NCBI GenBank assembly: GCA_963736005.1
Contig: CAVTNB010000001.1
Span: 1,504,001-1,568,000, forward strand
Origin: an uncultured Pseudomonadota bacterium
Lineage (GTDB): Bacteria; Vulcanimicrobiota; Vulcanimicrobiia; Eremiobacterales; Eremiobacteraceae
Direction: 5' to 3'
DNA length: 64,000 nt
The translations under genes and the position numbers were made by a program. The notes beneath the pieces were generated by a model that had not been told where the DNA came from, ran no database searches, and saw only the letters and a program-made list of their open reading frames with translations. Positions 18,712-29,212 of this stretch are shown here, in pieces; the first letter of the stretch is position 1, and every line of letters begins with the position of its first letter.

Positions 18712-18883
18712 CCTGGTTTCGTCGTATACACGCAGTCGATGCAATAGTTGAACTGCGCCCGGACCAATCCTTAGAAAAAACTTGAGGGGAATTAGGCCTT
18801 AAGCATCAGCCCGAGCTTAACCCAGGCTTGCTAGAATGGTTTGAGCGCTGTCAGCGCCATTCTCACGAGGAGATATATCTCTC

Positions 18884-18988
18884 ATGTATACCAGTCCAAG
18901 AATCCTAGCATCAGTGGACCTCAAAACGACGATGGCGGATGCACTAGGGCAAAACTGCAGCGTTGTCGGCGTCCCCTGCGCAGAATAG
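18884..18988 (+). CDS. 34-aa peptide MYTSPRILASVDLKTTMADALGQNCSVVGVPCAE, RiPP-precursor-like
   Basis: Extended -10 TG-C-TAGAAT (18829-18837), RBS GAGGAG, ATG...TAG, followed immediately by a terminator; below the ORF-track size cut-off. Confidence 0.7.
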   Translation: MYTSPRILASVDLKTTMADALGQNCSVVGVPCAE

Positions 18989-18995
18989 TCGATCC

Positions 18996-19034
18996 AAAGG
19001 GAAGCAAGTATACGTTTGCTTCCCTTTTCTTTTT
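18996..19034 (+). terminator. Intrinsic terminator
   Basis: 12-bp stem AAAGGGAAGCAA/TTGCTTCCCTTT followed by TCTTTTT; may also serve the convergent tRNA operon. Confidence 0.85.
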
Positions 19035-19112
19035 GCCTCGTAAACGTCTCGTAGCAATTTGTCAGCTTCGTCGCGTTTTTTCCTAAGGCTCAAACGCCGA
19101 CAAATTAAAGCC

Positions 19113-19185
19113 TACCCCCAAGGGAATTCGAATCCCTGTCCCCGCCTTGAAAGGGCGGTATCCTAGGCCTCTAGACGATGGGGGC
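19113..19185 (-). tRNA. tRNA-Glu(TTC), CCA not encoded
   Basis: Reverse complement GCCCCCATCGTCTAGAGGCCTAGGATACCGCCCTTTCAAGGCGGGGACAGGGATTCGAATTCCCTTGGGGGTA. Confidence 0.97.
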
Positions 19186-19202
19186 ACAACAGCACGTTTG
19201 CG

Positions 19203-21012
<1,810 letters not shown>

Positions 21013-21080
21013 CCTACGTGTTTGTGCGACTATCTTTGGGAGTCCTACGAAGGGAGGCACGGTCCGGGGGAAAATGCGAC

Positions 21081-21105
21081 GGGCGACTTGGAAGTCGCCC
21101 GCTGC
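21081..21105 (-). repeat. REP-like palindrome variant D (GCAG foot)
   Basis: GCAG-C-GGGCGACT-TCCA-AGTCGCCC on the minus strand. Confidence 0.75.
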
Positions 21106-21128
21106 GTTTGCCGTTAGTTTGATCGCGG

Positions 21129-21965
21129 TTATGGTTGCATGAAGACGTTGCCGCCCACTACAAATTCGCGATGGACGCGTTGTGAGTGCAGCAGTTCCCG
21201 CGCTGCGGTCGTGGGCGCCACCCAAGCGCAGACCACGATCACGGGCAAAGCCCTCGCCCATAGCGTGAGGCGTTCTTCGTAGCGCTCGACGCTCGAGTCG
21301 TCGAAGCAGAGCCCTTCGCGCTCTGGTTGCCCGAGAATGCGGACGTTTTGCCAACCCGCATTGCGAATCATCTGCACCAGCGCGTCGTACTGTTCTATCT
21401 GGCGGTGATGATCGAGATGTTCTTTGCCCTCGAACCAGGCAAAGCACACCTGGCGCCGCTTCATGACGATGTCGAGATCGAAGCCTTCTTCGCGAAGGAT
21501 CGATTCGTACAGCGAGCGGTGCGCCGGATCGGCCACGAGCATGACCGCTTGATTTGCGCGGAGAGCGTTGCCGATAAATTTGCGAGCGAACGACGCGTAC
21601 TCGTCCATGTCGGCCATGATCACAAGAGCATGTCGACCGCGGGAGAATGACGCGCCGTCCAAACCTAGGTCGAGCGGCATGAATCCGGCCGGCCGATCTT
21701 CCAGTTTTTCACGAATGAGGGCAAGCGAGTATCCGCGACTCTTGAGCCGGTTGATTTCTTCGACTCGCGAAAGCGCCGCGGCCTCATCAAAAAGGTTTGT
21801 TCGTCCGGAGACAGAGTCCACGCCCAACAGGCCGCATTCGCCGTACTTGCGAAGGGTTGGGACCGAAACTCCGAGCTTGCTGGCTAATTCCTTGATCGTG
21901 ACCTTGCGAGATGCCCAATGATGGTCAGAATCGTGCTTTTCCTCGGCGAGGCTGTGCAGTGTCAT
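21129..21965 (-). CDS. MerR-type HTH fused to a MEDS-like sensory domain
   Basis: [26 protein letters not shown]-terminal GRHALV...FIGNAL...VRILG...YEERL...VVCAW. Confidence 0.7.
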   Translation of the reverse strand: MTLHSLAEEKHDSDHHWASRKVTIKELASKLGVSVPTLRKYGECGLLGVDSVSGRTNLFDEAAALSRVEEINRLKSRGYSLALIREKLEDRPAGFMPLDLGLDGASFSRGRHALVIMADMDEYASFARKFIGNALRANQAVMLVADPAHRSLYESILREEGFDLDIVMKRRQVCFAWFEGKEHLDHHRQIEQYDALVQMIRNAGWQNVRILGQPEREGLCFDDSSVERYEERLTLWARALPVIVVCAWVAPTTAARELLHSQRVHREFVVGGNVFMQP

Positions 21966-21985
21966 CTAGCCTTTGAATCTCCTCG

Positions 21986-22777
21986 ATGCGGCTGCTGGAT
22001 CTAGCGACGCTCACAAGTCTCGTGTCCGCGTTGCCGCGATTTGGTAAGGTTTCGTATTTTGCCAGCGTTGAGTCTACTAACGCCGTTGCCGTCGACCGGC
22101 TCTACACTAATGACGGCTTTGGCATATCATTTGTTACGGAGTCCCAGACCAAAGGTCGCGGTCGGGTGGGACGAACCTGGGAATCTCCCGCCGGATCAGG
22201 GGTTTACGTGTCCACTATCTTGCCGGCCGAATTGCCACCTGGAGCCTTGCCGGGGGTGGGTTTTTGGGCTTCTTTGGCCGTCCGCGAGGCCTGCCTACGG
22301 GAGACTGGGGTAGCGTTGGATCTCAAATGGCCCAACGATTTGCTGTGGGACGGACGCAAGTGCGTCGGAATCCTTTCGCAAGGGCGCTCGAACGGCCAGG
22401 CTTCTAGAGTGGTTGTCGGGGTTGGAATCAATGTCAATCGGCCCGAAGAGGTCGCCCCGCAGCTCGAGCGAGGCGCTGTTTGGTTGTCAGAGGCCGGCGG
22501 TAGGGAATTCGACCGGGCCGCGATCCTCGCAACCCTTTTGTCGATCTACGAACGCGACTTCGACCGTCTCATGAACGAACCCACGAAGGTCATCGCGGAC
22601 TGGGCTTTGGTTGCGAATCTCGCCGGCAAGCACGTTTCAGTCAAGGCAACGGACGGAAGCCAGCTCCACGCGGGAGTGGTGAAAGCGATCGCCGCTGATG
22701 GCGCGCTCCTCCTGCAGACAGATACTGGGCTACAACGGATTACGCTCGGCGACGTGGACGCAATCACGCGCGAATGA
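21986..22777 (+). CDS. birA: Biotin--protein ligase (no HTH)
   Basis: VESTN, QTKGRGRVGRTW, LKWPND, KCVGIL, GVGIN. Confidence 0.95.
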   Translation: MRLLDLATLTSLVSALPRFGKVSYFASVESTNAVAVDRLYTNDGFGISFVTESQTKGRGRVGRTWESPAGSGVYVSTILPAELPPGALPGVGFWASLAVREACLRETGVALDLKWPNDLLWDGRKCVGILSQGRSNGQASRVVVGVGINVNRPEEVAPQLERGAVWLSEAGGREFDRAAILATLLSIYERDFDRLMNEPTKVIADWALVANLAGKHVSVKATDGSQLHAGVVKAIAADGALLLQTDTGLQRITLGDVDAITRE

Positions 22778-22951
22778 ATTCGCGCGACTACACTACGCGG
22801 GCAATGTAGTGTCGCGAATTTATTTGCGACGTGACGTGGCAGTGTAGTGTCGCGAATTTATTCGCGATGTGACGTGGCATTGTAGTGTCGTGTATTCATT
22901 CGCGACATGACGTGGTAATGTAGTGTCGCGAATTTATTCGCGACAAGACGT
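22767..22951. repeat. REP cluster: one variant-A copy (minus) plus four tandem A' copies with 38-bp period
   Basis: GTAG at 22806, 22844, 22882, 22920, each followed by T-GTCGCGAAT-TT-ATTCGCGAC (a few mismatches) and a near-identical TGACGTGG linker. Confidence 0.92.
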
Positions 22952-22986
22952 ACCAACGAGCTTGCGCAAGTACGTCACGATGATGC

Positions 22987-24663
22987 TTAGCCTTTGAGCG
23001 CTTTGATCTCTTGACCGTTTTGATGCAAGATAAGATCGGTGACGTCACCGTTTGCGTCTCGCTCAAAATCGATCTGCGCGTTGACGATCTTATAGTAAAA
23101 CTTATCTTTTGCTGACGAATACACTGGGAAGGATGGCTGGCCAGTCAATTGCACCATCAATTGATTGCCCTGCAAGGTGACGACAAATTGAAGTCCTTGA
23201 CCAGCGGTGTAGGTCCCCACGTAACCGCCGAGGGTTTGAGCGTCAAGCGCAACGATGGGTGGGAACGCCGGTTGCTGGATTGGCGGCGCGCGCATACCGG
23301 GCCGAACCGCTACGATCGTAGCGCCATTTTGGTGCAGCACGAACGCGTTGACCTTGCCGTTCGTGCTCCGTGTGAAGTCAATTTGGGCGTTGACAACCCG
23401 GTAGAAAAAGTGATCTTGGGAGGATGGGTAGATGTTGGCGAACGGTTGGCCCGTCAACTGCGCTTCGAGCCGGTCCCCCACACGAGACACGGTGAAGGTT
23501 AGATTTTCTTGTCTCGCCTTGTATATTCCGACATATTCATCGAGCGTCGCGGTGTCGAGGTTGGCAACTCTTTCGGGTTCGCTCAGCGGCACGCTCGGGT
23601 CAATCGCGTGCAAGGCAACGTCCTGGACGGGCACGCCGCCGTTCGTCAACACGACCGCACCCTCTGAGCGATCTTGTGAAACAGCTACCCATGCGTGGTA
23701 CCCACCCGTATCCCCGCCGTGATTGATGATGTGCGTTGCGTCGTCGGTCCACCAGACAAGTCCGATTTGGTTTCCGGTAAACGTATCGCGCGGTTGCTGA
23801 GCAAAGAGACACGTGTCCGCCAGTGGCCCTTCTCCCATATTGCATCGAAGGTACTTGAGCATGTCCGCAAGCGAGGAGCGAATGGCCCCGGCCGGCGCGA
23901 TTGCTTGGAAGGTCCAAGGCTCAGTCGGGCTGCCATCCGCGTCATGGCCCGCCGCAAGCTGTTGTTGCAGCGCCGGTGCCACCGTTGTGCTTGTTTCGGT
24001 CATCTGCAGCGGTGCCAGAATGCGATCTCGCAGCAACTGGAGGTACGGCACGCCTGCCCTGCTTGCCAAAGCGTCGCCGAGCAGTGCAACGCCGAGATTT
24101 GAATATTCAAAGGTTTGACCAGGATCTCTCGTGAGCGTGTACGATTTTAGAAACGCATAGAGATCGTCCAGCGAATAGTTGGCGTAGGGATCCTCGGGAT
24201 CGGAGGCTCTCAAATTGTCTGGCAAGCGAGGCAACCCGGAATGCTGCGTAGCCAGATTGAGCAGCGTGATTTGCTTGCCATTGCGCGACGGCACGATAAC
24301 CCTTTTGGGCAAGTATTTTGCGACTGGATCGTCAAGCGCAACGCTCTCGTCAAGCGCCATGCTCGCCAGAATTGTCGCGGTGAATGTTTTGGTGACCGAA
24401 CCGATTTCAAAGAGGGTATGCGCGTCGAGCGGGCGAGTCGTTCCCGTCGAACCAGCCTTATATACGGAAAGACGGCCGCGATCGATGATCCCTACGATTA
24501 TTCCAACGCCCGGCTGGTCTGCGACCCGTTGATTGAGGGCAGATTGAAAGTCGGCTGGGTTAAGGACCGCCGTTTGCGGCGTCGGGGTAGGAGATGGAGC
24601 TCCGAATGCGGCCATCGTGGCACAGACGACAACGATAAAGCATAAGGCGATGACGCGCTTCAT
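22987..24663 (-). CDS. Secreted serine hydrolase (beta-lactamase/AmpC-like) with two C-terminal DUF3471-like repeats
   Basis: FEIGSVTK (SxxK), YSN, HGG; duplicated YVGxY...QLTGQP...VNAQIDF...LHQNG. Confidence 0.88.
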   Translation of the reverse strand: MKRVIALCFIVVVCATMAAFGAPSPTPTPQTAVLNPADFQSALNQRVADQPGVGIIVGIIDRGRLSVYKAGSTGTTRPLDAHTLFEIGSVTKTFTATILASMALDESVALDDPVAKYLPKRVIVPSRNGKQITLLNLATQHSGLPRLPDNLRASDPEDPYANYSLDDLYAFLKSYTLTRDPGQTFEYSNLGVALLGDALASRAGVPYLQLLRDRILAPLQMTETSTTVAPALQQQLAAGHDADGSPTEPWTFQAIAPAGAIRSSLADMLKYLRCNMGEGPLADTCLFAQQPRDTFTGNQIGLVWWTDDATHIINHGGDTGGYHAWVAVSQDRSEGAVVLTNGGVPVQDVALHAIDPSVPLSEPERVANLDTATLDEYVGIYKARQENLTFTVSRVGDRLEAQLTGQPFANIYPSSQDHFFYRVVNAQIDFTRSTNGKVNAFVLHQNGATIVAVRPGMRAPPIQQPAFPPIVALDAQTLGGYVGTYTAGQGLQFVVTLQGNQLMVQLTGQPSFPVYSSAKDKFYYKIVNAQIDFERDANGDVTDLILHQNGQEIKALKG

Positions 24664-24706
24664 TGTCGGGGCTTTGGCGACGAGAAATGCGAAACCTGTT
24701 TTGCAG

Positions 24707-24810
24707 CGCGCGAATAAATTCGCGCGACTACATTTTAAGAAGAATAAATTCGCGCGACTACATTTTAAGAAGAATAAATTCGCGAGGGCGATTTTCCAAT
24801 CGCCCCCTAC
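24707..24810 (-). repeat. REP cluster: variant A with 30-bp tandem duplication plus variant C
   Basis: GAATAAATTCGCGCGACTACATTTTAAGAA about 2.4 copies, then GGGCGATTTTCCAATCGCCCCCTAC (24786-24810). Confidence 0.9.
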
Positions 24811-24816
24811 ACTACA

Positions 24817-25677
24817 TTAGAGTTTTGTGGTGAAAGCTTGTTCCGCGTGATACGAGGAACGCACGAGCGGACCAGACACAGTCTGGCGGAACCCTAGGGG
24901 TTTCACTTCACGTGCAAACCACGCGAACTTTTCCGGCGTGACGAACTCAATAACCGGCAGATGCTTTTTTGTGGGCTGCAAATATTGACCGAACGTAATG
25001 ATGTCCACGCCAACCGCGCGCAGATCTCTCGCCGCTTGCAGCACGTCACCGTCGGTTTCGCCGAGTCCAAGCATGATGCTCGACTTGGTCAGCATGTCAG
25101 GGCGTATGCTCTTGACAAAGCGCAGCACGCCGAGCGTTTGGTCGTACCCGCAACGAAGATCGCGCACCTTGCGTGTGAGCGCGCGGGTGGTCTCGATGTT
25201 GTGCGCATAGACGTCGGGATTCGCGTCGACGACCGTGAGAATTGCGGCTTGGTCGCCGCGATAATCCGACGTCAGCACTTCGACTTTGACCTGCGGCGTG
25301 CGATGCTTGATCGCGCGAATCGCTTCGGCCATCTGGGCCGCACCGCCGTCCGGTAAGTCGTCGCGGTCGACGCAAGTGATGACCGCGTAGTTGAGCCCAA
25401 GCTCCTCGATGCTCCGAGCCAGCTTGGCAGCCTCGAGTGGATCGATCGGGTTCGGGTGACCGGTTTTGACGTTGCAGAAACGGCAGCCGCGCGTGCACGT
25501 GTCACCCAAGATCATGAAGGTCGCGGTGCCGACGCCCCAGCACTCGGCGATATTCGGGCACATCGCTTCCTGGCAGACGGTGTGCAGGCTGCGTTCTTTG
25601 ACAATCGAGCGCAGCTTGAGATAATTCTCGCCAGCTGGGAGTTTGACTTTGAGCCACTCAGGCTTGCGCGCGATCAT
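24817..25677 (-). CDS. lipA: Lipoyl synthase
   Basis: CQEAMCPNIAEC and CTRGCRFC clusters; VRSSYHA. Confidence 0.97.
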   Translation of the reverse strand: MIARKPEWLKVKLPAGENYLKLRSIVKERSLHTVCQEAMCPNIAECWGVGTATFMILGDTCTRGCRFCNVKTGHPNPIDPLEAAKLARSIEELGLNYAVITCVDRDDLPDGGAAQMAEAIRAIKHRTPQVKVEVLTSDYRGDQAAILTVVDANPDVYAHNIETTRALTRKVRDLRCGYDQTLGVLRFVKSIRPDMLTKSSIMLGLGETDGDVLQAARDLRAVGVDIITFGQYLQPTKKHLPVIEFVTPEKFAWFAREVKPLGFRQTVSGPLVRSSYHAEQAFTTKL

Positions 25678-26351
25678 GCGATTTTCTCGGAGAGCGCGAG
25701 CGGGAGCGGTTCGTCTGTGAGTTCGATGTGGTACACGGCTTGGAGAGCTTCGCGAATGTGCGGCTTCGCCTCTGCCAACGACACCCGTCGACTGCACTCT
25801 AAAGCGATTGAGGTCACTGGAGTCGATGGCATTCCGCAGGGATTGATGAGCTCGAACATGGCAAGGTCCGTGCCGACGTCGAGGGCAAATCCGTGAAACG
25901 TCACGCCGCCGCGAACGGCCGCTCCAATCGATGCAATCTTTGCGCCGCGAACGAAGACGCCGGCGTGATCCGACCGCTGCTCTCCGATAAGGTCGAAGGC
26001 TGCGAGTCCGAGGATGATTGCCTGTTCCATCTTGCGCACAAAGCCTTGCACTTCGCGCAATCGAGGCAGCTTGAAAATTGGATAGCCCACCAACTGACCA
26101 GGACCGTGATAGGTGAGATCGCCGCCGCGCTCGACTTCGAAGTACTCGACACCGCGACGGCGCAACTCGTCTCTAGCAACCAGCAGGTTGTGAGCTTTGC
26201 CGGATTTACCCATCGTGATTACCGGCATGTGCTCGCAGAAGAGCAGCGTGTCGGTTATCTCATCGGCGACGCGGGCTGCGTGCAGCCGCTTCTGCAGCGA
26301 CCAAGCCGTACCGTACGGAATGCGGCCAAGATCGTGAAATGCCACTCTCAC
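25674..26351 (-). CDS. lipB: Octanoyltransferase
   Basis: ERGGDLTYHGPGQLVGY, KIASIG, INPCG. Confidence 0.95.
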   Translation of the reverse strand: MRVAFHDLGRIPYGTAWSLQKRLHAARVADEITDTLLFCEHMPVITMGKSGKAHNLLVARDELRRRGVEYFEVERGGDLTYHGPGQLVGYPIFKLPRLREVQGFVRKMEQAIILGLAAFDLIGEQRSDHAGVFVRGAKIASIGAAVRGGVTFHGFALDVGTDLAMFELINPCGMPSTPVTSIALECSRRVSLAEAKPHIREALQAVYHIELTDEPLPLALSEKIA

Positions 26352-26372
26352 GCGCCTGCTCCCAGTTTGCGG

Positions 26373-27797
26373 TCAGCGAACCGCTGCGGTCGGCGGCGCC
26401 GGCTGATTGACGATGTGAATCGCATGTCCGTGGAGTGCCTCTGCCGCTTCCATGACCGATTCCGAAAACGTCGGATGTGGGTGCATGGTCAAACCGATGT
26501 CGTCAACCGTCGACCCCATCTCGATGGCCAACACCGCTTCGCCGATCATCGACTCGGCGGTTGGCGAGACGATGTGAATGCCCAAGACCAGATCGGTCTT
26601 CTTGTCGCCGACGATCTTTGTCATGCCGTCTGACGTGCCCACGGTTCGAGCGCGACCGAGAGCGGCAAGTCGAAACCTGCCGATCGCTACCTCGTAACCG
26701 GCAGCTTTAGCTTGCTCTTCTGAAAGCCCGGCGGTCGCAACTTGCGGATCGGTATAGACGCAGTTCGGCACGGCCATCGGATCGTACGCCGCCGCAAGGC
26801 CTGCAATGACTTCAGCCGCGACGATGCCTTCCTTCATGGCTTTGTGCGCAAGCAATGGCGCGCCGGCGCAATCGCCAATAGCGAAAATATTCGCAACGCT
26901 GGTTCGGCGCTGCGGGTCAACTTTGACAAATCCGCGCTCGAGCTTCACGCCGACTTTCTCGAGGCCAAGGTTTGCCGTACGCGGGCGGCGCCCGACTGCC
27001 ACCAGCACCTTATCATACTCGCGGGTTTCGTTGACCTCGCCTTCGAGCGTTGCACTCACCTTGCTGCCTTTAACCGCGAGGGACGAAGCTTTGGTCTTCA
27101 AGTGAATGTTGATGCCCTGCTTCTTGAGGATGCGAAGCAGCAGGTTGGAGATTTCCAAATCAGTGTCGCCGAGCGCTCGGTCCAGCAACTCGACCACCGT
27201 GACGTCCGCACCCAGGCGCTTGTAGATGGTCGCAAATTCCAAGCCCACGACGCCCGCGCCCAAGATCAAAATGCTTTTTGGGATATCTGCAAGGGCCACC
27301 GAGTCATCCGAATTCAAGATGGTCTTGCCATTGCGTTCCATACCCGGGGGGCTGACAGGCTCCGAACCGGTAGCGATGATGATGTCTTTTGCCGAAACAG
27401 TTTCGGTGCTGCCGTCCGCTTTCTTGACGCGAACGCTGGTTGCGTCGATCAACTCGGCAACGCCAGTGAGCAATTCTGCCTTGTTGGCTTTCATGAGCGT
27501 GGCCACGCCGTTGACGAGATCGTCAACCATCTTACCCTTCCACTTATTGAGGACACCCAGGTTGACTTTGGGCGCGCCAAACTCAACGCCCATCTCCTTG
27601 ATCTCGTGCGCGGCATTCATCACTTCGCCGATATGCAAGAGGGCCTTGGTCGGCATGCAGCCCCAATTGAGGCAGACGCCTCCCAGTCTTTCTTGTTCGA
27701 TGCACAGTCCACGCTTGCCGAGCTGTCCCAAGCGGATGGCAGCGGTATAGCCGCCGGGACCGCCACCGATGATGATCGCGTCGTAGGAGGAAGCCAC
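26373..27797 (-). CDS. lpdA: Dihydrolipoyl dehydrogenase (E3)
   Basis: GGGPGGY, GGVCLNWGCMPTK, HPHPTFSE. Confidence 0.97.
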   Translation of the reverse strand: MASSYDAIIIGGGPGGYTAAIRLGQLGKRGLCIEQERLGGVCLNWGCMPTKALLHIGEVMNAAHEIKEMGVEFGAPKVNLGVLNKWKGKMVDDLVNGVATLMKANKAELLTGVAELIDATSVRVKKADGSTETVSAKDIIIATGSEPVSPPGMERNGKTILNSDDSVALADIPKSILILGAGVVGLEFATIYKRLGADVTVVELLDRALGDTDLEISNLLLRILKKQGINIHLKTKASSLAVKGSKVSATLEGEVNETREYDKVLVAVGRRPRTANLGLEKVGVKLERGFVKVDPQRRTSVANIFAIGDCAGAPLLAHKAMKEGIVAAEVIAGLAAAYDPMAVPNCVYTDPQVATAGLSEEQAKAAGYEVAIGRFRLAALGRARTVGTSDGMTKIVGDKKTDLVLGIHIVSPTAESMIGEAVLAIEMGSTVDDIGLTMHPHPTFSESVMEAAEALHGHAIHIVNQPAPPTAAVR

Positions 27798-27800
27798 GTT

Positions 27801-29162
27801 CTAACCGCCTTCCATGAGCATGACGTCAGGATTCGCGAGTGACGCCGCAACATCTTTGACGAAGAGCGCAGCAACGGCGCCGTCGACCACCCGATGATCG
27901 AATGAGATTGACAAGTACATCATGTGGCGGATAACGATCTGGCCGTCGCGGACGACCGGCCGCTGCTGGATCGAATGCGTACCAAGAATCGCGACCTCGG
28001 GATAGTTGATCACGGGAAAAGTAAAAAGACCGCCCACAGATCCGACATTGGTAATTGTGAACGTGCCGTCCGTGATGTCGTCGTGGCTCAGCTTCCCATT
28101 CCGCGCCTTGTCGGCGAGCGTGGCAATCTCTGTGGCAAGTTCGAAAATCGTCTTGTCATCCGCGTGATGGATCACGGGAACGACGAGTCCTTCCTCTGTG
28201 TTTGCGGCGATGCCAATATTGTAGTATTTCTTGAGTACGATTTCGTGCTTTTCGTCGTCGAGGGAGGCGTTCACGTATGGATGGCGCTTCAGCGCGCCCG
28301 TCACGGCTTTGACAAAGAACGGCAGATAGGTGAGCTTAACGCCAGCGGCCGCTGCTTTTTCCTTCGCGCGTTCGCGCATGGAGACTAACTCGGTCAGATC
28401 GGCCTCGTCCACGTGCAACGTGTGCGCTGCTGTGTGCTTGCTGTGCACCATGTGATCGGCAATAACGCGCCGTAGTCCGCGCAAAGGAATGCGTTCGGAT
28501 TCTTGGCTGGCGGCGGTTTGTTTCGCCGCGGGGCGCGCGGCGCCAGGTCCAAGATTTGCAACGCGCTGAACGTCCTCGCGGCCGATTCGGCCGCCTTCCC
28601 CGGAGCCACGGACTTGTGAAAGATCGACTCCCAACTCGCGGGCGAGTCTGCGCACGGCCGGCGCAGCGAGAGGTCGGCCAAAAGGACTAAGCTGCGCGGT
28701 TTCGGTTTCTGACACCGCGCGGCGTGGTTGCCCGTTACCTGTAGTGGGCGGCGCCGTCGTGGGCGACTGCGTAGGGGGCGATTGGGAAATCGCCCCGGCG
28801 GCGGGCGACGACGCAGTAGCGGGCGACGCAGGCGATGCCGTAGTGGGCGACTGTGAAGTCGCCCCCGTGGTCGTCTCCTTTGCAGGTGCTTGCACGTGCT
28901 CGTGCACGTCGGCAATCGTCTCGCCTTCCTTACCGAAAATCGCGATCGGCTTGCCGATGGGGACGACGGCACCTTCGGGCGCAACTTGTTTGAGCAGCAC
29001 GCCTTCGTAGGGCGAGGGAATCTCCACCGTCACCTTGTCCGTCATCACCTCGACGAGCGGCTGATCTTGTTTCACGTGCTCGCCTTCTTTGACGAGCCAC
29101 TTGACGATCTCGCCTTCGATGACGGATTCTGCAAGTTCGGGCATTTCGAGTTCGACTGCCAT
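27801..29162 (-). CDS. 2-oxoacid dehydrogenase E2 (dihydrolipoamide acyltransferase)
   Basis: Lipoyl VMTDKV, E3-binding AAPAVRRLARELGVDL, catalytic DHRVVDG. Confidence 0.95.
   Translation of the reverse strand: MAVELEMPELAESVIEGEIVKWLVKEGEHVKQDQPLVEVMTDKVTVEIPSPYEGVLLKQVAPEGAVVPIGKPIAIFGKEGETIADVHEHVQAPAKETTTGATSQSPTTASPASPATASSPAAGAISQSPPTQSPTTAPPTTGNGQPRRAVSETETAQLSPFGRPLAAPAVRRLARELGVDLSQVRGSGEGGRIGREDVQRVANLGPGAARPAAKQTAASQESERIPLRGLRRVIADHMVHSKHTAAHTLHVDEADLTELVSMRERAKEKAAAAGVKLTYLPFFVKAVTGALKRHPYVNASLDDEKHEIVLKKYYNIGIAANTEEGLVVPVIHHADDKTIFELATEIATLADKARNGKLSHDDITDGTFTITNVGSVGGLFTFPVINYPEVAILGTHSIQQRPVVRDGQIVIRHMMYLSISFDHRVVDGAVAALFVKDVAASLANPDVMLMEGG
28771..28864 (+). repeat. Intragenic REP copies (variants C and D) in the E2 linker
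   Basis: GTAGGGGGCGATTGGGAAATCGCCC 28771-28795 and GTAGTGGGCGACTGTGAAGTCGCCC 28840-28864. Confidence 0.85.
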
Positions 29163-29176
29163 CGGGTCTCCCTATG

Positions 29177-29201
29177 AGCGGACCTAAAGGTCCGCTGCTA
29201 C
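29177..29201 (-). repeat. REP-like palindrome variant B
   Basis: GTAG-C-AGCGGACCT-TT-AGGTCCGCT. Confidence 0.9.
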
Positions 29202-29212
29202 GTTGGGGCGAT

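Noticed and set aside
18841..19086. 81-aa ORF from the track
   Set aside because: No RBS, and it runs through the terminator; the 34-aa ORF in another frame has all expression signals.
11375..19112. att-site duplications or integrase for tRNA-linked islands
   Set aside because: No repeat of the tRNA-Val or tRNA-Glu 3' ends and no integrase ORF found by eye.
22805..22951. CRISPR array
   Set aside because: The 13-nt spacers are near-identical, the repeat is a dispersed GTAG REP, and no cas genes are present.
22987..24663. AmpC beta-lactamase resistance gene
   Set aside because: SxxK/YxN/HGG with extra C-terminal domains fits the broad serine hydrolase/peptidase family.
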